NCBI GenBank assembly: GCA_963715005.1 | Contig: CAVQQO010000006.1 | Coordinates: 293,293-357,292 of the forward strand | Length of the DNA stretch: 64,000 nucleotides | Source: an uncultured beta proteobacterium | Lineage (GTDB): Bacteria; Pseudomonadota; Gammaproteobacteria; Burkholderiales; Gallionellaceae | Direction of reading: 5' to 3' | Part shown: positions 55,063 through 64,000 of the stretch, in pieces | How positions within the stretch are numbered: position 1 is the stretch's first letter | Layout of the letters: every line of letters starts with the position of its first letter | Notes under the pieces: generated by a model | What the model was told of the DNA's origin: nothing | Seen by the model: the letters and a program-made list of their open reading frames with translations, nothing else | Databases searched by the model: none | Made by a program: the position numbers and the translations under genes

Positions 55063-55875
55063 TCACGCATCCTTTCCTAGTTCATCACCCAGCTCTTTGG
55101 AACGTGCCGCTGCGGCACGGATGGCAGCGACGATATCCATCTTCACCTGGTTCGCATCCATGCTGTTCAGTGCGCGTTCGGTCGTGCCGTTCTTGGAAGT
55201 CACGCGAGCGCGCAGGGTGGCGACGTCTTCCGGACTGCTCTCGGCCAGCTTGCTGGCACCGAGGAACGTGTCCAATACCAGTTGCCGTGCCTGCGCTTCG
55301 TCCAGCCCCAGCTCGAAAGCGCCTTGCTGCATGGCTTCGATGAAATAGAACACATAGGCCGGGCCGCTACCGGAGATCGCCGTCACCGCATCCAGCATCT
55401 CTTCGTCATCGACCCACAAGGTACTACCCACCGCCGCGAGCACCGCCTCGGCGTGATGGCATTGTTCCGGACGCACTGCAGGCATGGCGTACAAGGCCGT
55501 GACACCGCAGCGAATGAGGGCGGGGGTGTTGGGCATGCAGCGCACGATATTCTGTGTCCCCAGCCAGCGCGCCATGTCATGCGTACGGATACCTGCGGCA
55601 ATGGAAATGACGAGTTGTCCGTCTATGATCGGTGCCAGTTGCGCGGCGACTTCCCGCAGCTGTTGCGGCTTGACCGCAAGGATCACCGCCTCACCGTGCG
55701 CGACTGCCTCAGCCAGCTCCGTGCTCGCCCTGACCCCGAATTCGTTGTGCAGCTCCGCACAACGTTCTTTGTTGAGTTCCACGACGTGCATCTTGGACGG
55801 CGAATAACCGCGCTTGATGAGTCCGCTGATCAAGGCCTGCGCCATATTGCCGCCGCCGACGAATGTTATTTTCAT
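55063..55875 (-). CDS. proC: Pyrroline-5-carboxylate reductase
   Basis: GGGNMA, AVKPQ, MPNTP, SGSGPAY. Confidence 0.97.
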   Translation of the reverse strand: MKITFVGGGNMAQALISGLIKRGYSPSKMHVVELNKERCAELHNEFGVRASTELAEAVAHGEAVILAVKPQQLREVAAQLAPIIDGQLVISIAAGIRTHDMARWLGTQNIVRCMPNTPALIRCGVTALYAMPAVRPEQCHHAEAVLAAVGSTLWVDDEEMLDAVTAISGSGPAYVFYFIEAMQQGAFELGLDEAQARQLVLDTFLGASKLAESSPEDVATLRARVTSKNGTTERALNSMDANQVKMDIVAAIRAAAARSKELGDELGKDA

Positions 55876-56570
55876 TTGTTCTCCCCGTAATCCCTTGCAC
55901 CAAATATCGCCGTGCCGATGCGCACAATGGTCGCACCCTCCTGAATCGCCGCACGATAGTCGTGCGACATGCCCATCGACAGGGTATCCAAAGCCATGCC
56001 CTGCGAGTTCAACTGTACCAATAAAGCCCGCATCCGTGCGAATGGCACGCGCTGCGCCGCTTCGTCAGTGGCCGGAGAAGGTATCGACATCAAGCCGCGC
56101 AGTTTGAGGTGCGGCAGATGCACGACCGCGCGCGCCAATTGCACCAGGTCTTCCGGCGCGACGCCGCTCTTGGTTTCCTCGCCGCTCACGTTCACCTGCA
56201 GACAGATGTTGAGCGGCGGCAGGTGCGGCGGCCGCTGTGCGGAAAGCCGCTCGGCGATCTTCAACCTGTCCACGCTATGCACCCAGGCAAAATTCTCGGC
56301 GACAGGACGCGTCTTGTTGCTCTGGATCGGGCCGATGAAGTGCCATTCCAGCGGCAAGTCGCGCAGCGCCTCGATCTTTTCCAGTGCTTCCTGCAGGTAA
56401 TTTTCGCCGAACGCCACTTGTCCTGCTTGATATGCCTCGCGCACCGCTGCCGCCGGAAACGTCTTGCTCACGGCCAACAGACGGACTTCTGCAACGTTCC
56501 GCTGCGCTGCTTTGGCGGCCTGTGCAATCGCCTCGCGGGTCGCTTGCAAGTTGGAGAGGATTGCAGTCAT
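55872..56570 (-). CDS. yggS: PLP homeostasis protein YggS
   Basis: AVSKT, FGENY.QE, WHFIGPIQSNK, LSMGMS. Confidence 0.96.
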   Translation of the reverse strand: MTAILSNLQATREAIAQAAKAAQRNVAEVRLLAVSKTFPAAAVREAYQAGQVAFGENYLQEALEKIEALRDLPLEWHFIGPIQSNKTRPVAENFAWVHSVDRLKIAERLSAQRPPHLPPLNICLQVNVSGEETKSGVAPEDLVQLARAVVHLPHLKLRGLMSIPSPATDEAAQRVPFARMRALLVQLNSQGMALDTLSMGMSHDYRAAIQEGATIVRIGTAIFGARDYGENK

Positions 56571-56622
56571 AATCGGCCGGACAGTCGCTTTTCAACAAGG
56601 TTTTCAACGCTCAGGATTATAT

Positions 56623-57666
56623 ATGGATATCACCGAACTGCTCGCCTTCGGCGTGAAGAACAAAGCGTCCGACTTGCATCTTTCCGCCGGCTTGCCACCG
56701 ATGATCCGCGTGCACGGCGATATGCGTCGCATCAACCTGCCCGCGATGGAGCACAAGGAAGTCCACGCCATGGTGTACGACATCATGAACGACGGGCAGC
56801 GCAAACATTACGAAGAGAACAAGGAGGTCGACTTCTCGTTCGAAGTGCCGAACCTGGCGCGTTTCCGCGTCAACGCCTTCATCCAGAATCGCGGCGCGGG
56901 TGCGGTCATGCGTACCATTCCTTCCAAGATCCTCTCGCTGGAAGACCTCAAGGCCCCGGCCATCTTCAAGGACATCTCCGAAACTCCGCGCGGCATGGTG
57001 CTGGTGACCGGCCCGACCGGTTCCGGTAAATCGACGACGCTCGCGGCGATGGTGAACCACATCAACGAGAACGAGATGGGCCACATCCTGACCGTGGAAG
57101 ACCCGATCGAATTCGTGCATGAATCAAAGAAGAGTCTGGTCAACCAGCGCGAAGTCGGCCCGCACACCCTGTCCTTCAATAACGCGTTGCGTTCCGCATT
57201 GCGTGAAGACCCGGACGTGATCCTGGTCGGCGAAATGCGCGACCTGGAAACCATCCGCCTGGCGATGACGGCGGCGGAAACCGGCCACCTGGTGTTCGGC
57301 ACACTGCACACCAGCTCGGCGGCGAAGACCATCGACCGTATCATCGACGTGTTCCCGGCCGATGAAAAAGAAATGGTGCGCGCGATGTTGTCCGAATCGC
57401 TGCGCGCGGTGATCTCGCAGACCCTGCTCAAGACCAAGGACGGCACTGGCCGCGCCGCAGCACACGAGATCATGATCTGTACGCCTGCCATCCGCAACCT
57501 GATCCGCGAAGCAAAAGTGCCGCAGATGTACTCCGCCATCCAGACCGGCGGCAACATCGGCATGCAGACGCTGGATCAATGTCTGCAGGATCTGGTCAAG
57601 CGCAACATCGTCTCCTCCGCCGAAGCGCGCAGCAAGGCGGCGAACAAAGACATGTTCCCGGGCTGA
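56623..57666 (+). CDS. pilT: Type IV pilus retraction ATPase
   Basis: GPTGSGKST, ALREDPD, AIRNLIRE. Confidence 0.98.
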   Translation: MDITELLAFGVKNKASDLHLSAGLPPMIRVHGDMRRINLPAMEHKEVHAMVYDIMNDGQRKHYEENKEVDFSFEVPNLARFRVNAFIQNRGAGAVMRTIPSKILSLEDLKAPAIFKDISETPRGMVLVTGPTGSGKSTTLAAMVNHINENEMGHILTVEDPIEFVHESKKSLVNQREVGPHTLSFNNALRSALREDPDVILVGEMRDLETIRLAMTAAETGHLVFGTLHTSSAAKTIDRIIDVFPADEKEMVRAMLSESLRAVISQTLLKTKDGTGRAAAHEIMICTPAIRNLIREAKVPQMYSAIQTGGNIGMQTLDQCLQDLVKRNIVSSAEARSKAANKDMFPG

Positions 57667-57699
57667 TCGCCAAATACGCCCACCACTTAGGAGTTCACT

Positions 57700-58836
57700 A
57701 TGGAACGCGACCAGGCCACCGAGCTAGTCCACAATCTGTTACGCGGGATGGTCTCGCAAAAGGCGTCCGACCTGTTCGTCACCGCCAACTTCCCGCCCGC
57801 GTTCAAGATCGACGGCAAGATGACGCCGGTCTCGAGCCAGGCGCTGACGCCGCAGCACACACAGGAACTGGCACGCAGCATCATGAACGACCGCCAGGCC
57901 GCCGAATTCGAATCCACGCACGAGTGCAACTTCGCCATCAGCCCGCCCGGTATCGGCCGTTTCCGCGTCAACGTGTTCATGCAGCAGCAGCGCGTCGGTA
58001 TGGTGTTGCGTACCATCACCACCAAGATTCCCACTTTCGAAGAGATGGGCTTGCCGCCCATATTGAAGGATGTGGTGATGACCAAGCGCGGCCTGGTGAT
58101 CCTGGTCGGCGGCACCGGCTCCGGTAAATCCACCTCGCTGGCCGCCATGCTCGGCCACCGCAACCACAACAGCTATGGCCACATCATCACCATCGAGGAT
58201 CCGGTGGAGTATGTGCACGATCACGACAAGTGCATCGTCACCCACCGCGAAGTCGGCGTGGACACCAACGACTGGCACGCCGCGCTGAAGAACACCTTGC
58301 GCCAGGCGCCGGACGTCATCCTGATCGGCGAGATCCGCGACCGCGAGACCATGGAATATGCGGTGGCCTTCGCTGAGACCGGCCACTTGTGTATGGCGAC
58401 ATTGCACGCCAACAGTGCCAACCAGGCGCTGGACCGCATCATCAACTTCTTCCCGGAAGAGCGCCGCGAACAGCTGCTGATGGACCTGTCGCTCAACATC
58501 AAGGCGATCATCTCGCAACGCCTGATCCCCAAACGCGACGGCAAGGGACGCGCAGCCGCCTTCGAGATCCTGCTCAATTCGCCGCTGATCGCCGACCTCA
58601 TCTTCAAGGGCAACGTGCATGAGATCAAAGAGGTGATGGCCAAATCGCGCGAGCTTGGCATGCAGACTTTCGACCAGGCGCTGTTCAATCTGCACGAAGC
58701 CGGCGCCATCAGCTACGAGGAGGCACTCAAGAATGCCGACTCGGTCAACGATCTGCGCTTGAAGATCAAACTGGAAGGCCAGGCCACCAAGGACAGGGAC
58801 GTGATGAGCGGACTGGAAAACCTGAAGATGACCTGA
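57700..58836 (+). CDS. pilU: Type IV pilus ATPase PilU
   Basis: GGTGSGKST, LRQAPDVILIGE, IINFFPEE. Confidence 0.96.
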   Translation: MERDQATELVHNLLRGMVSQKASDLFVTANFPPAFKIDGKMTPVSSQALTPQHTQELARSIMNDRQAAEFESTHECNFAISPPGIGRFRVNVFMQQQRVGMVLRTITTKIPTFEEMGLPPILKDVVMTKRGLVILVGGTGSGKSTSLAAMLGHRNHNSYGHIITIEDPVEYVHDHDKCIVTHREVGVDTNDWHAALKNTLRQAPDVILIGEIRDRETMEYAVAFAETGHLCMATLHANSANQALDRIINFFPEERREQLLMDLSLNIKAIISQRLIPKRDGKGRAAAFEILLNSPLIADLIFKGNVHEIKEVMAKSRELGMQTFDQALFNLHEAGAISYEEALKNADSVNDLRLKIKLEGQATKDRDVMSGLENLKMT

Positions 58837-58844
58837 GGTCGAAG

Positions 58845-59327
58845 ATGAACTTCCAGCCGACCTTTCGCGTGCATCTTGCCGACCCGCTCGGTCTGGTCGA
58901 TACGCCGTTCATCATCACCACTGCCTATACCAGCGCAGACGGCTATCCGAAAGCAGAATGGTTCCTGGTCGTGGCGGAGGAAAAAGGAACGCTCTTTGCA
59001 CAACGCAACAAGCTCGACTACCAGGCCCTCCCCGATGGCTGCGTAAAATTCGATGAAGAGCTGTTGTTAGAGGAAGCTCTCGATCAAGCCAAGCTGCGCC
59101 TGCGTCGCTACATCCTGAAAGACAAGGGACGCCTCCTGGCCCCGCTGCTGCTGGCAAAACCGACCCAAATGCAAGCCGCTGACCACAGCCACCTCGTCAA
59201 ACTCTGGATGCGCGGCTCCTATTGCGGCTGTCTCAGCGAGATACGCGCCAAGAGCGAATGCACACCGCTGATCGACACACTGGTCTGGATACACGGCCTG
59301 CCGATGCTGGCAACGCAGGATTTATAA
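58845..59327 (+). CDS. Hypothetical protein (160 aa)
   Basis: GAGG RBS, starts 8 bp after the pilU stop, host-like codon usage. Confidence 0.75.
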   Translation: MNFQPTFRVHLADPLGLVDTPFIITTAYTSADGYPKAEWFLVVAEEKGTLFAQRNKLDYQALPDGCVKFDEELLLEEALDQAKLRLRRYILKDKGRLLAPLLLAKPTQMQAADHSHLVKLWMRGSYCGCLSEIRAKSECTPLIDTLVWIHGLPMLATQDL

Positions 59328-59344
59328 CCTTCAAAGTCAAAACC

Positions 59345-59550
59345 GTCGGGGGTAGCCCGACAGCAAGTTACTTTCTTTTGCTTCGCCAAAAAGAAAGTAA
59401 CCAAAGAAAAGGCGACCCCGGTTTGCCGCCCTTCGGGTTCCCTCCGTTGCTCGACTGGTCAGGCGGCTGCGGAACTCGCGCTACGCGCTCAGACAGTCCT
59501 CGCCGACTTCCCCTGACCAGCCTGCGCTACTCCGCGGCGCACAGGGGAAG
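59345..59550. repeat. Structured intergenic repeat element (multi-hairpin)
   Basis: GTCGGG/CCCGAC, GTTACTTTCTTTT/AAAAGAAAGTAAC, CTGGTCAGG/CCTGACCAG, CTTCCCCTG/CAGGGGAAG stems. Confidence 0.65.
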
Positions 59551-59581
59551 TGAAAGCGGAAACCCAAAATCCCCCTGCTCC

Positions 59582-60226
59582 TCATTGATACAGCGCCGGG
59601 AATTGTTTGCGCAATTGTTCCAGCTTGGGCATGTCATTGATGACGATGTAAGGCTGGTAAGGATGCAACGCCAGATAGTTCTGGTGATGATCCTCGGCAG
59701 GGTAGAACTCCTGCAGCGGCACGACCTGCGTGACGATGGGCGCGGAATAGGTACGCGCGGCAGTGAGCTTTTGAATGTAATTTAACGCACTCCTTTGCTG
59801 CTCGGCATTGGCATAAAAGATCACCGAGCGATACTGGCTGCCTTCATCCGGCCCTTGGCGGTTGAGCTGGGTTGGATCGTGCACCACACTGAAAAACACC
59901 TGCAGCAGTTGCTGATAAGACACCCGTGCCGGATCAAAGCGAACGCGCACCGATTCGGCATGTCCGGTATCGCCCCGGCTCACCATCTCGTAATGTGCGG
60001 TGGCCGCCTTGCCTCCCGCATAACCCGACACGACATCCGACACGCCTTTGACATGCTTGAACACCGCATCCACGCCCCAGAAACAACCGCCTGCGAATAC
60101 TGCCGTTTGTTCGGGCGGCGCCGCGTTGGCATTCGATAACGCGCCCATGCTGAATATGAGGCACAGGCTACCGAGCAAATAACTGCGAATCAGCTTGATG
60201 ATTAACATGATGTTCCTCCTGTTCAT
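59582..60226 (-). CDS. msrA: Methionine-S-sulfoxide reductase with signal peptide
   Basis: GGCFWG, HDPTQLNRQG, AEDHHQNY; N-terminal hydrophobic leader ending ANA. Confidence 0.96.
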   Translation of the reverse strand: MNRRNIMLIIKLIRSYLLGSLCLIFSMGALSNANAAPPEQTAVFAGGCFWGVDAVFKHVKGVSDVVSGYAGGKAATAHYEMVSRGDTGHAESVRVRFDPARVSYQQLLQVFFSVVHDPTQLNRQGPDEGSQYRSVIFYANAEQQRSALNYIQKLTAARTYSAPIVTQVVPLQEFYPAEDHHQNYLALHPYQPYIVINDMPKLEQLRKQFPALYQ

Positions 60227-61923
60227 TAGCCGAAGGTAAAGGCAAACGCCTCTGCCCCTCCGTCCAGAAACTCGATGCGGAAGGTCCTGTTCCTGATCTC
60301 GCCGCGCTGCCGAATCAATTGATACAGCCGCTGTTCGCGTATCACGCCGATACCTGCCGCATCGATGTCAGCGCCATGATCCTTGCCGGGTGCCGCACCA
60401 TCCAGCGTGACCTTGAAACGCAGCGGCTTGCCGTTGCTGGCACCCAGCACCAGGTGCAGGTCGCGACCTTGAAAGCGGTAACTGATCGCGCCGCCGGACG
60501 TTTGCAGAACGGCGGATTCCTTGCCGACTTTCCACATGCCGCTCAACGCCCATTGATCCGGCTCAAGCACACGCGGTACGGAGTAACGCGCTGCAGTGTC
60601 ATTCTGAGTCGTTTCGCGCGATGCGAAATTCTCCTGCCGCGCATAGCCCAGATAAGTTTCCGGGGAGCGTTCGGTGTCCGCGGCTGCCGCTGTCGCCCCC
60701 GAACCGTGCACCTGCACCAGTTCATTGCTCAGCACCACATCCCGGCGCGCCTCCTTGAGCAGAGTCTGGATCATCTGCTCGGTCTCCGCATACGCGCCCT
60801 CGCCGAAATGTTGATGACGTATGCGCCCTTGCGCATCGATCAGATAATGCGCGGGCCAATACTGGTTCTGATAGGCATTCCAGATCGCGTACTCGTTATC
60901 CAGCGCCACGGGATAAGCCACCCCCAATTCGCGCACAGCCTGCTCGACGTTGTGCAGGTCTTTCTCAAACACGAACTCCGGCGCATGCACGCCGATGATG
61001 ACCAGGCCTTGAGCTCGGTATTTTTCGTCCCATGCCTTCAGATACGGCAAGGTGCGCAAACAATTGATGCAGGAGTAGGTCCAGAAATCCACCAGCACCA
61101 CTTTGCCGCGCAACATCGCATCGTTCAGCGGAGGCGAATTGAGCCAGGACGTGGCGCCAACCATAGGTGGTGCCATGCGGGTATCGGATGATTCTCCCGT
61201 ACCGGGTCGCGCTGCCAAACGTTCGATCAATTGCTGTTCGGTGGCGGCGGTGTTCGCCGTAGTGAACTGCGCCAAGAACCGCGTATCCCAACCCAGCGCG
61301 ATGACAACAATGCCCGCCACTACCGCGACACCCAGAATGCGCCGCACCCACTCTTCCACGCCGAAGCTGCGTTTCATCCATGCGATCACCCGCCCGCTGG
61401 CCAGCAACGCCACGGCCAGCGAAGAAGCCGCACCGGCAGCGAAGACCAACAGCAGCAATGCGCTGTGCAGGTTCGCCCCGTTCAGCGCGGCACCTGCCAG
61501 CACCAGTCCCAGGATCGGCCCGGCGCAGGGCGCCCACAGGAAGCCGACCGCGACACCCAACAACAACGAGCCTTTAACGTTGCCTTCCTGATCGGCACGC
61601 TGCTGCAGGCGCCCGCCCAACGCAACAAAAGGCCGCATCAAGCGGTCCGACCAGGACGGGAAGATCAGCGCGAAACCCAGCAGCAACAACACCAGCATCG
61701 CCGCATAGCGCCCGTATTGGTTCACCTCGACCAGCCAAGCGCCACCCACTGCTGCCAGGCTGGCCAGCACGGTGAACGTCGCGGCCATGCCGAACAGGAT
61801 CGGCAGCCCCGAGCGGCGGAACGACTGCTCCGAGCGCGCGAAGACAAATGGCAACACCGGCAGCACGCACGGGCTGAAGATGGTGAGCACACCGCCAAGA
61901 TAGGCCAGCAGGAAAATCAGCAT
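60226..61923 (-). CDS. DipZ-type CcdA-thioredoxin fusion
   Basis: SPCVLP and WAPCAGP CcdA motifs, WTYSCINC thioredoxin, C-terminal RLYQLIRQ..FTFG. Confidence 0.92.
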   Translation of the reverse strand: MLIFLLAYLGGVLTIFSPCVLPVLPFVFARSEQSFRRSGLPILFGMAATFTVLASLAAVGGAWLVEVNQYGRYAAMLVLLLLGFALIFPSWSDRLMRPFVALGGRLQQRADQEGNVKGSLLLGVAVGFLWAPCAGPILGLVLAGAALNGANLHSALLLLVFAAGAASSLAVALLASGRVIAWMKRSFGVEEWVRRILGVAVVAGIVVIALGWDTRFLAQFTTANTAATEQQLIERLAARPGTGESSDTRMAPPMVGATSWLNSPPLNDAMLRGKVVLVDFWTYSCINCLRTLPYLKAWDEKYRAQGLVIIGVHAPEFVFEKDLHNVEQAVRELGVAYPVALDNEYAIWNAYQNQYWPAHYLIDAQGRIRHQHFGEGAYAETEQMIQTLLKEARRDVVLSNELVQVHGSGATAAAADTERSPETYLGYARQENFASRETTQNDTAARYSVPRVLEPDQWALSGMWKVGKESAVLQTSGGAISYRFQGRDLHLVLGASNGKPLRFKVTLDGAAPGKDHGADIDAAGIGVIREQRLYQLIRQRGEIRNRTFRIEFLDGGAEAFAFTFG

Positions 61924-61967
61924 TTTTCTTTTCCCCTGTAATCTTAGTTAGCCCGAAGCTCTAAAGG

Positions 61968-62059
61968 CCGTTCGTGGTGAGCTTGTCGAACCATGAATGG
62001 CACCTCGCCAAGTCTGTTCTGAATGCCGTTCATTCCTTCGACAAGCTCAGGACGAACGG
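61968..62059. repeat. REP-like inverted repeat pair
   Basis: CCGTTCGTGGTGAGCTTGTCGAA / TTCGACAAGCTCAGGACGAACGG (2 mismatches in 23) plus inner ATGAATGGCA/TGCCGTTCAT. Confidence 0.8.
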
Positions 62060-62095
62060 AGTTGTGTTATCGGACCTCATGGAAGACAACCGGAA

Positions 62096-62635
62096 TTATT
62101 TTGTTCGGGGCACGAAACGCAGCGCCACCGTGTTCATGCAATAGCGCAGGCCGGTCGGTTTCGGGCCATCGTCGAACACGTGGCCGAGATGCGCATCGCA
62201 CAAGGTACAGCGCACTTCGATGCGCTTCATGCCGAACAAATGATCTTCTACGTTGTATACGTTCTCCTGCGCGATGGGTTGCCAGAAGCTGGGCCAGCCG
62301 GTGCCGGATTCGTATTTGGTGGCGGAATCGAACAGTGCGTTGTCGCAACATACGCAACGGTACAAGCCGGGGTCGTGCCTGTCGTAACCGGGCTGGGAGT
62401 ACGCCCGCTCGGTGCCTCCCTGTCGCGTCACTTCATAAGCCAGAGGCGACAGGCGCTTCCTCCATTCGGCATCCTTGTTCACCTTGGGCAAGGTGACACG
62501 CCCCAATGGTTTACCCTCATCGGAGAACTGCATGACAGTCACCTTGTCACCGGCGAATGCCGTCCCCGCAAAAGAGCGTGTTGTATATGCCAGGCCGATC
62601 CCGGATAACAGCGATAGGAATTGTCTGCGTTGCAT
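62096..62635 (-). CDS. msrB: Methionine-R-sulfoxide reductase with Tat-like signal
   Basis: MQRRQFL leader; SGTGWPSF, HLGHVF, RYCMN; zinc CxxC pairs. Confidence 0.95.
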   Translation of the reverse strand: MQRRQFLSLLSGIGLAYTTRSFAGTAFAGDKVTVMQFSDEGKPLGRVTLPKVNKDAEWRKRLSPLAYEVTRQGGTERAYSQPGYDRHDPGLYRCVCCDNALFDSATKYESGTGWPSFWQPIAQENVYNVEDHLFGMKRIEVRCTLCDAHLGHVFDDGPKPTGLRYCMNTVALRFVPRTK

Positions 62636-62682
62636 GATGTCGACCTCCTGTGAAATGAGTGACAAATCAGAATGCCGGTCTA

Positions 62683-63504
62683 CTATCCTTGAGGCCGCTT
62701 CGCTCCCGGAAAATCTCGCACCGCCTTTTCCGACCATGCCCACAAGCGTTGGGCCAGTTCTCGGTCCAGCGCCAGCGCTGCCGGCGCGACAGCGATGCGG
62801 TTGTCGAAATATTTGCCTGTCACGCCGGCCACTTCGGGCGATGTGGCGAGATACACCGAAGTGCGCGCGCCCTCCTCCACCGTATCGCCCGGCATGCTGA
62901 ATCCCGCATACAGCAGCTTGGTGCCGATCACCCCCGGATGCAGGCTGTTCGAAGTGAGCCAGGGTTCGCGCCGTGCCAGTTCGTTGGCGAACAAGGCGTT
63001 GGCCAGTTTGGAATTGGCATACGCGTGATAGCCGTTGAAACCCAGCTCGCAATTCATGTCGTCGAATACGATGCGACCGCTCGCATGCACCATCGAACTC
63101 ACCGTGACCACGCGCGGCGCTTCCGATTTTTTCAGCACCGGCAGCAACAAGTTGGTAAGCAGGAAGTGTGAGAGATGGTTCACCGCCAGCGTCATCTCGA
63201 AACCATCGCGCGAGACCATGCGCTCGGTCATGTAAACGCCCGCATTGTTGATCAGCACATCCAGGCGCGGCAGACGCGCGGAGAGCGCATGCGCCATGCG
63301 CGCCACGGCAGCCAAGTCGCCCAGATCGGCATGGGCAGTCTGCAATGCGGCATCGGGCACCACGGCACGAATCGCACTGCACGCATGTAGCGCCTTCTCC
63401 TCATTGCGCCCGTGCAGCACCAGCTCATGTCCTTGCCTGGCCAATTCCTTTGCAGTCGCCAGCCCGATACCGTCGGTCGCACCCGTGATGAGTATCGTCT
63501 TCAT
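62683..63504 (-). CDS. Short-chain dehydrogenase/reductase (retinol-DH-like)
   Basis: TGATDGIG, NNAG, YANSK, HPGVI. Confidence 0.93.
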   Translation of the reverse strand: MKTILITGATDGIGLATAKELARQGHELVLHGRNEEKALHACSAIRAVVPDAALQTAHADLGDLAAVARMAHALSARLPRLDVLINNAGVYMTERMVSRDGFEMTLAVNHLSHFLLTNLLLPVLKKSEAPRVVTVSSMVHASGRIVFDDMNCELGFNGYHAYANSKLANALFANELARREPWLTSNSLHPGVIGTKLLYAGFSMPGDTVEEGARTSVYLATSPEVAGVTGKYFDNRIAVAPAALALDRELAQRLWAWSEKAVRDFPGAKRPQG

Positions 63505-63506
63505 GC

Positions 63507-63797
63507 TCAATCGATGACCTCGAAGTTGGAATAATCGCCGCTGCCCGGCCCGGTTTCGACGCGCTCCACCTGCGCCAACTCGGGACCACGCTGTGCCCAG
63601 CGCACGATGGCTTCCACGGCATCGGGTTCTCCCTGCACCATGGCTTCCACTGCGCCATCGCCGCGGTTACGCACCCAGCCCGACACCCCCAGATGTTGCG
63701 CTTCGCGCTGCATCGAGTTGCGGAAGAACACGCCTTGCACGCGGCCGCGGATCACAAGGTGCTGTGTTCTCCTGGCGGGAGACGTTTGAACGCCCAT
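63507..63797 (-). CDS. Acylphosphatase
   Basis: [27 protein letters not shown]. Confidence 0.95.
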   Translation of the reverse strand: MGVQTSPARRTQHLVIRGRVQGVFFRNSMQREAQHLGVSGWVRNRGDGAVEAMVQGEPDAVEAIVRWAQRGPELAQVERVETGPGSGDYSNFEVID

Positions 63798-64000
63798 TCT
63801 GTTCCTCCGATAAGCGACACTGCAAAGCTGCATCCTTATGGCCATGCTACCAGACTGCAGGGCGCCGACAGCATCCATGACCTCGCTGCTATTTTCCGCT
63901 TGAGGAATGTAGCTGAACAATACGTTGAATCCTGTATTGAAAAGAGCGCAAGTCCGCCGCAAGCTTCGCTTTCATCAACTGATGCAGGGAGAGTTGATCA

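Noticed and set aside
62096-63382. 428-aa extended MsrB ORF
   Set aside because: The upstream part is an alternative frame of the SDR gene; the real start is ATG 62635 behind a CAGGAGG RBS

Overview
Core chromosomal region of a GC-rich betaproteobacterium. Gene order, cbbY and protein style suggest a Gallionellaceae/Sideroxydans-like chemolithoautotroph, which is inference. Contents in order: pilD 3' end-coaE-zapD-yacG, Nudix/argJ/secA, a complete dcw cluster (mraZ to lpxC), RNase P RNA, ppx-phoU-rpiA, tRNA-Ala(CGC), xerD-ogt, rplS-trmD-rimM-rpsP, ffh, cbbY, ilvA, aceEF, nadD-rsfS-rlmH-maf-rng, a secreted beta-carbonic anhydrase, a small variable region, a Cph1/Rcp1-like two-component module, yggUT-proC-yggS, pilTU and an exported msrB-dipZ-msrA module. 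Many essential genes carry +1 frameshifts that look like two SNP alleles written in tandem, pointing to a strain-mixture consensus artefact rather than pseudogenes. The most unusual signals are: (i) a two-unit cassette-like array at 49739-50779, each unit being [palindromic repeat]-gene-[duplicated CA 3' end plus terminator]; (ii) a synonymously diverged duplicate of the last 20 mraY codons inside a bridging ORF before murD, with a second bridging micro-ORF between murB and ddl; (iii) a 240-bp inverted-repeat element that exactly fills the proC-yggT gap and whose two inner hairpins have mutually complementary loops. No CRISPR array, transposase or prophage was seen.
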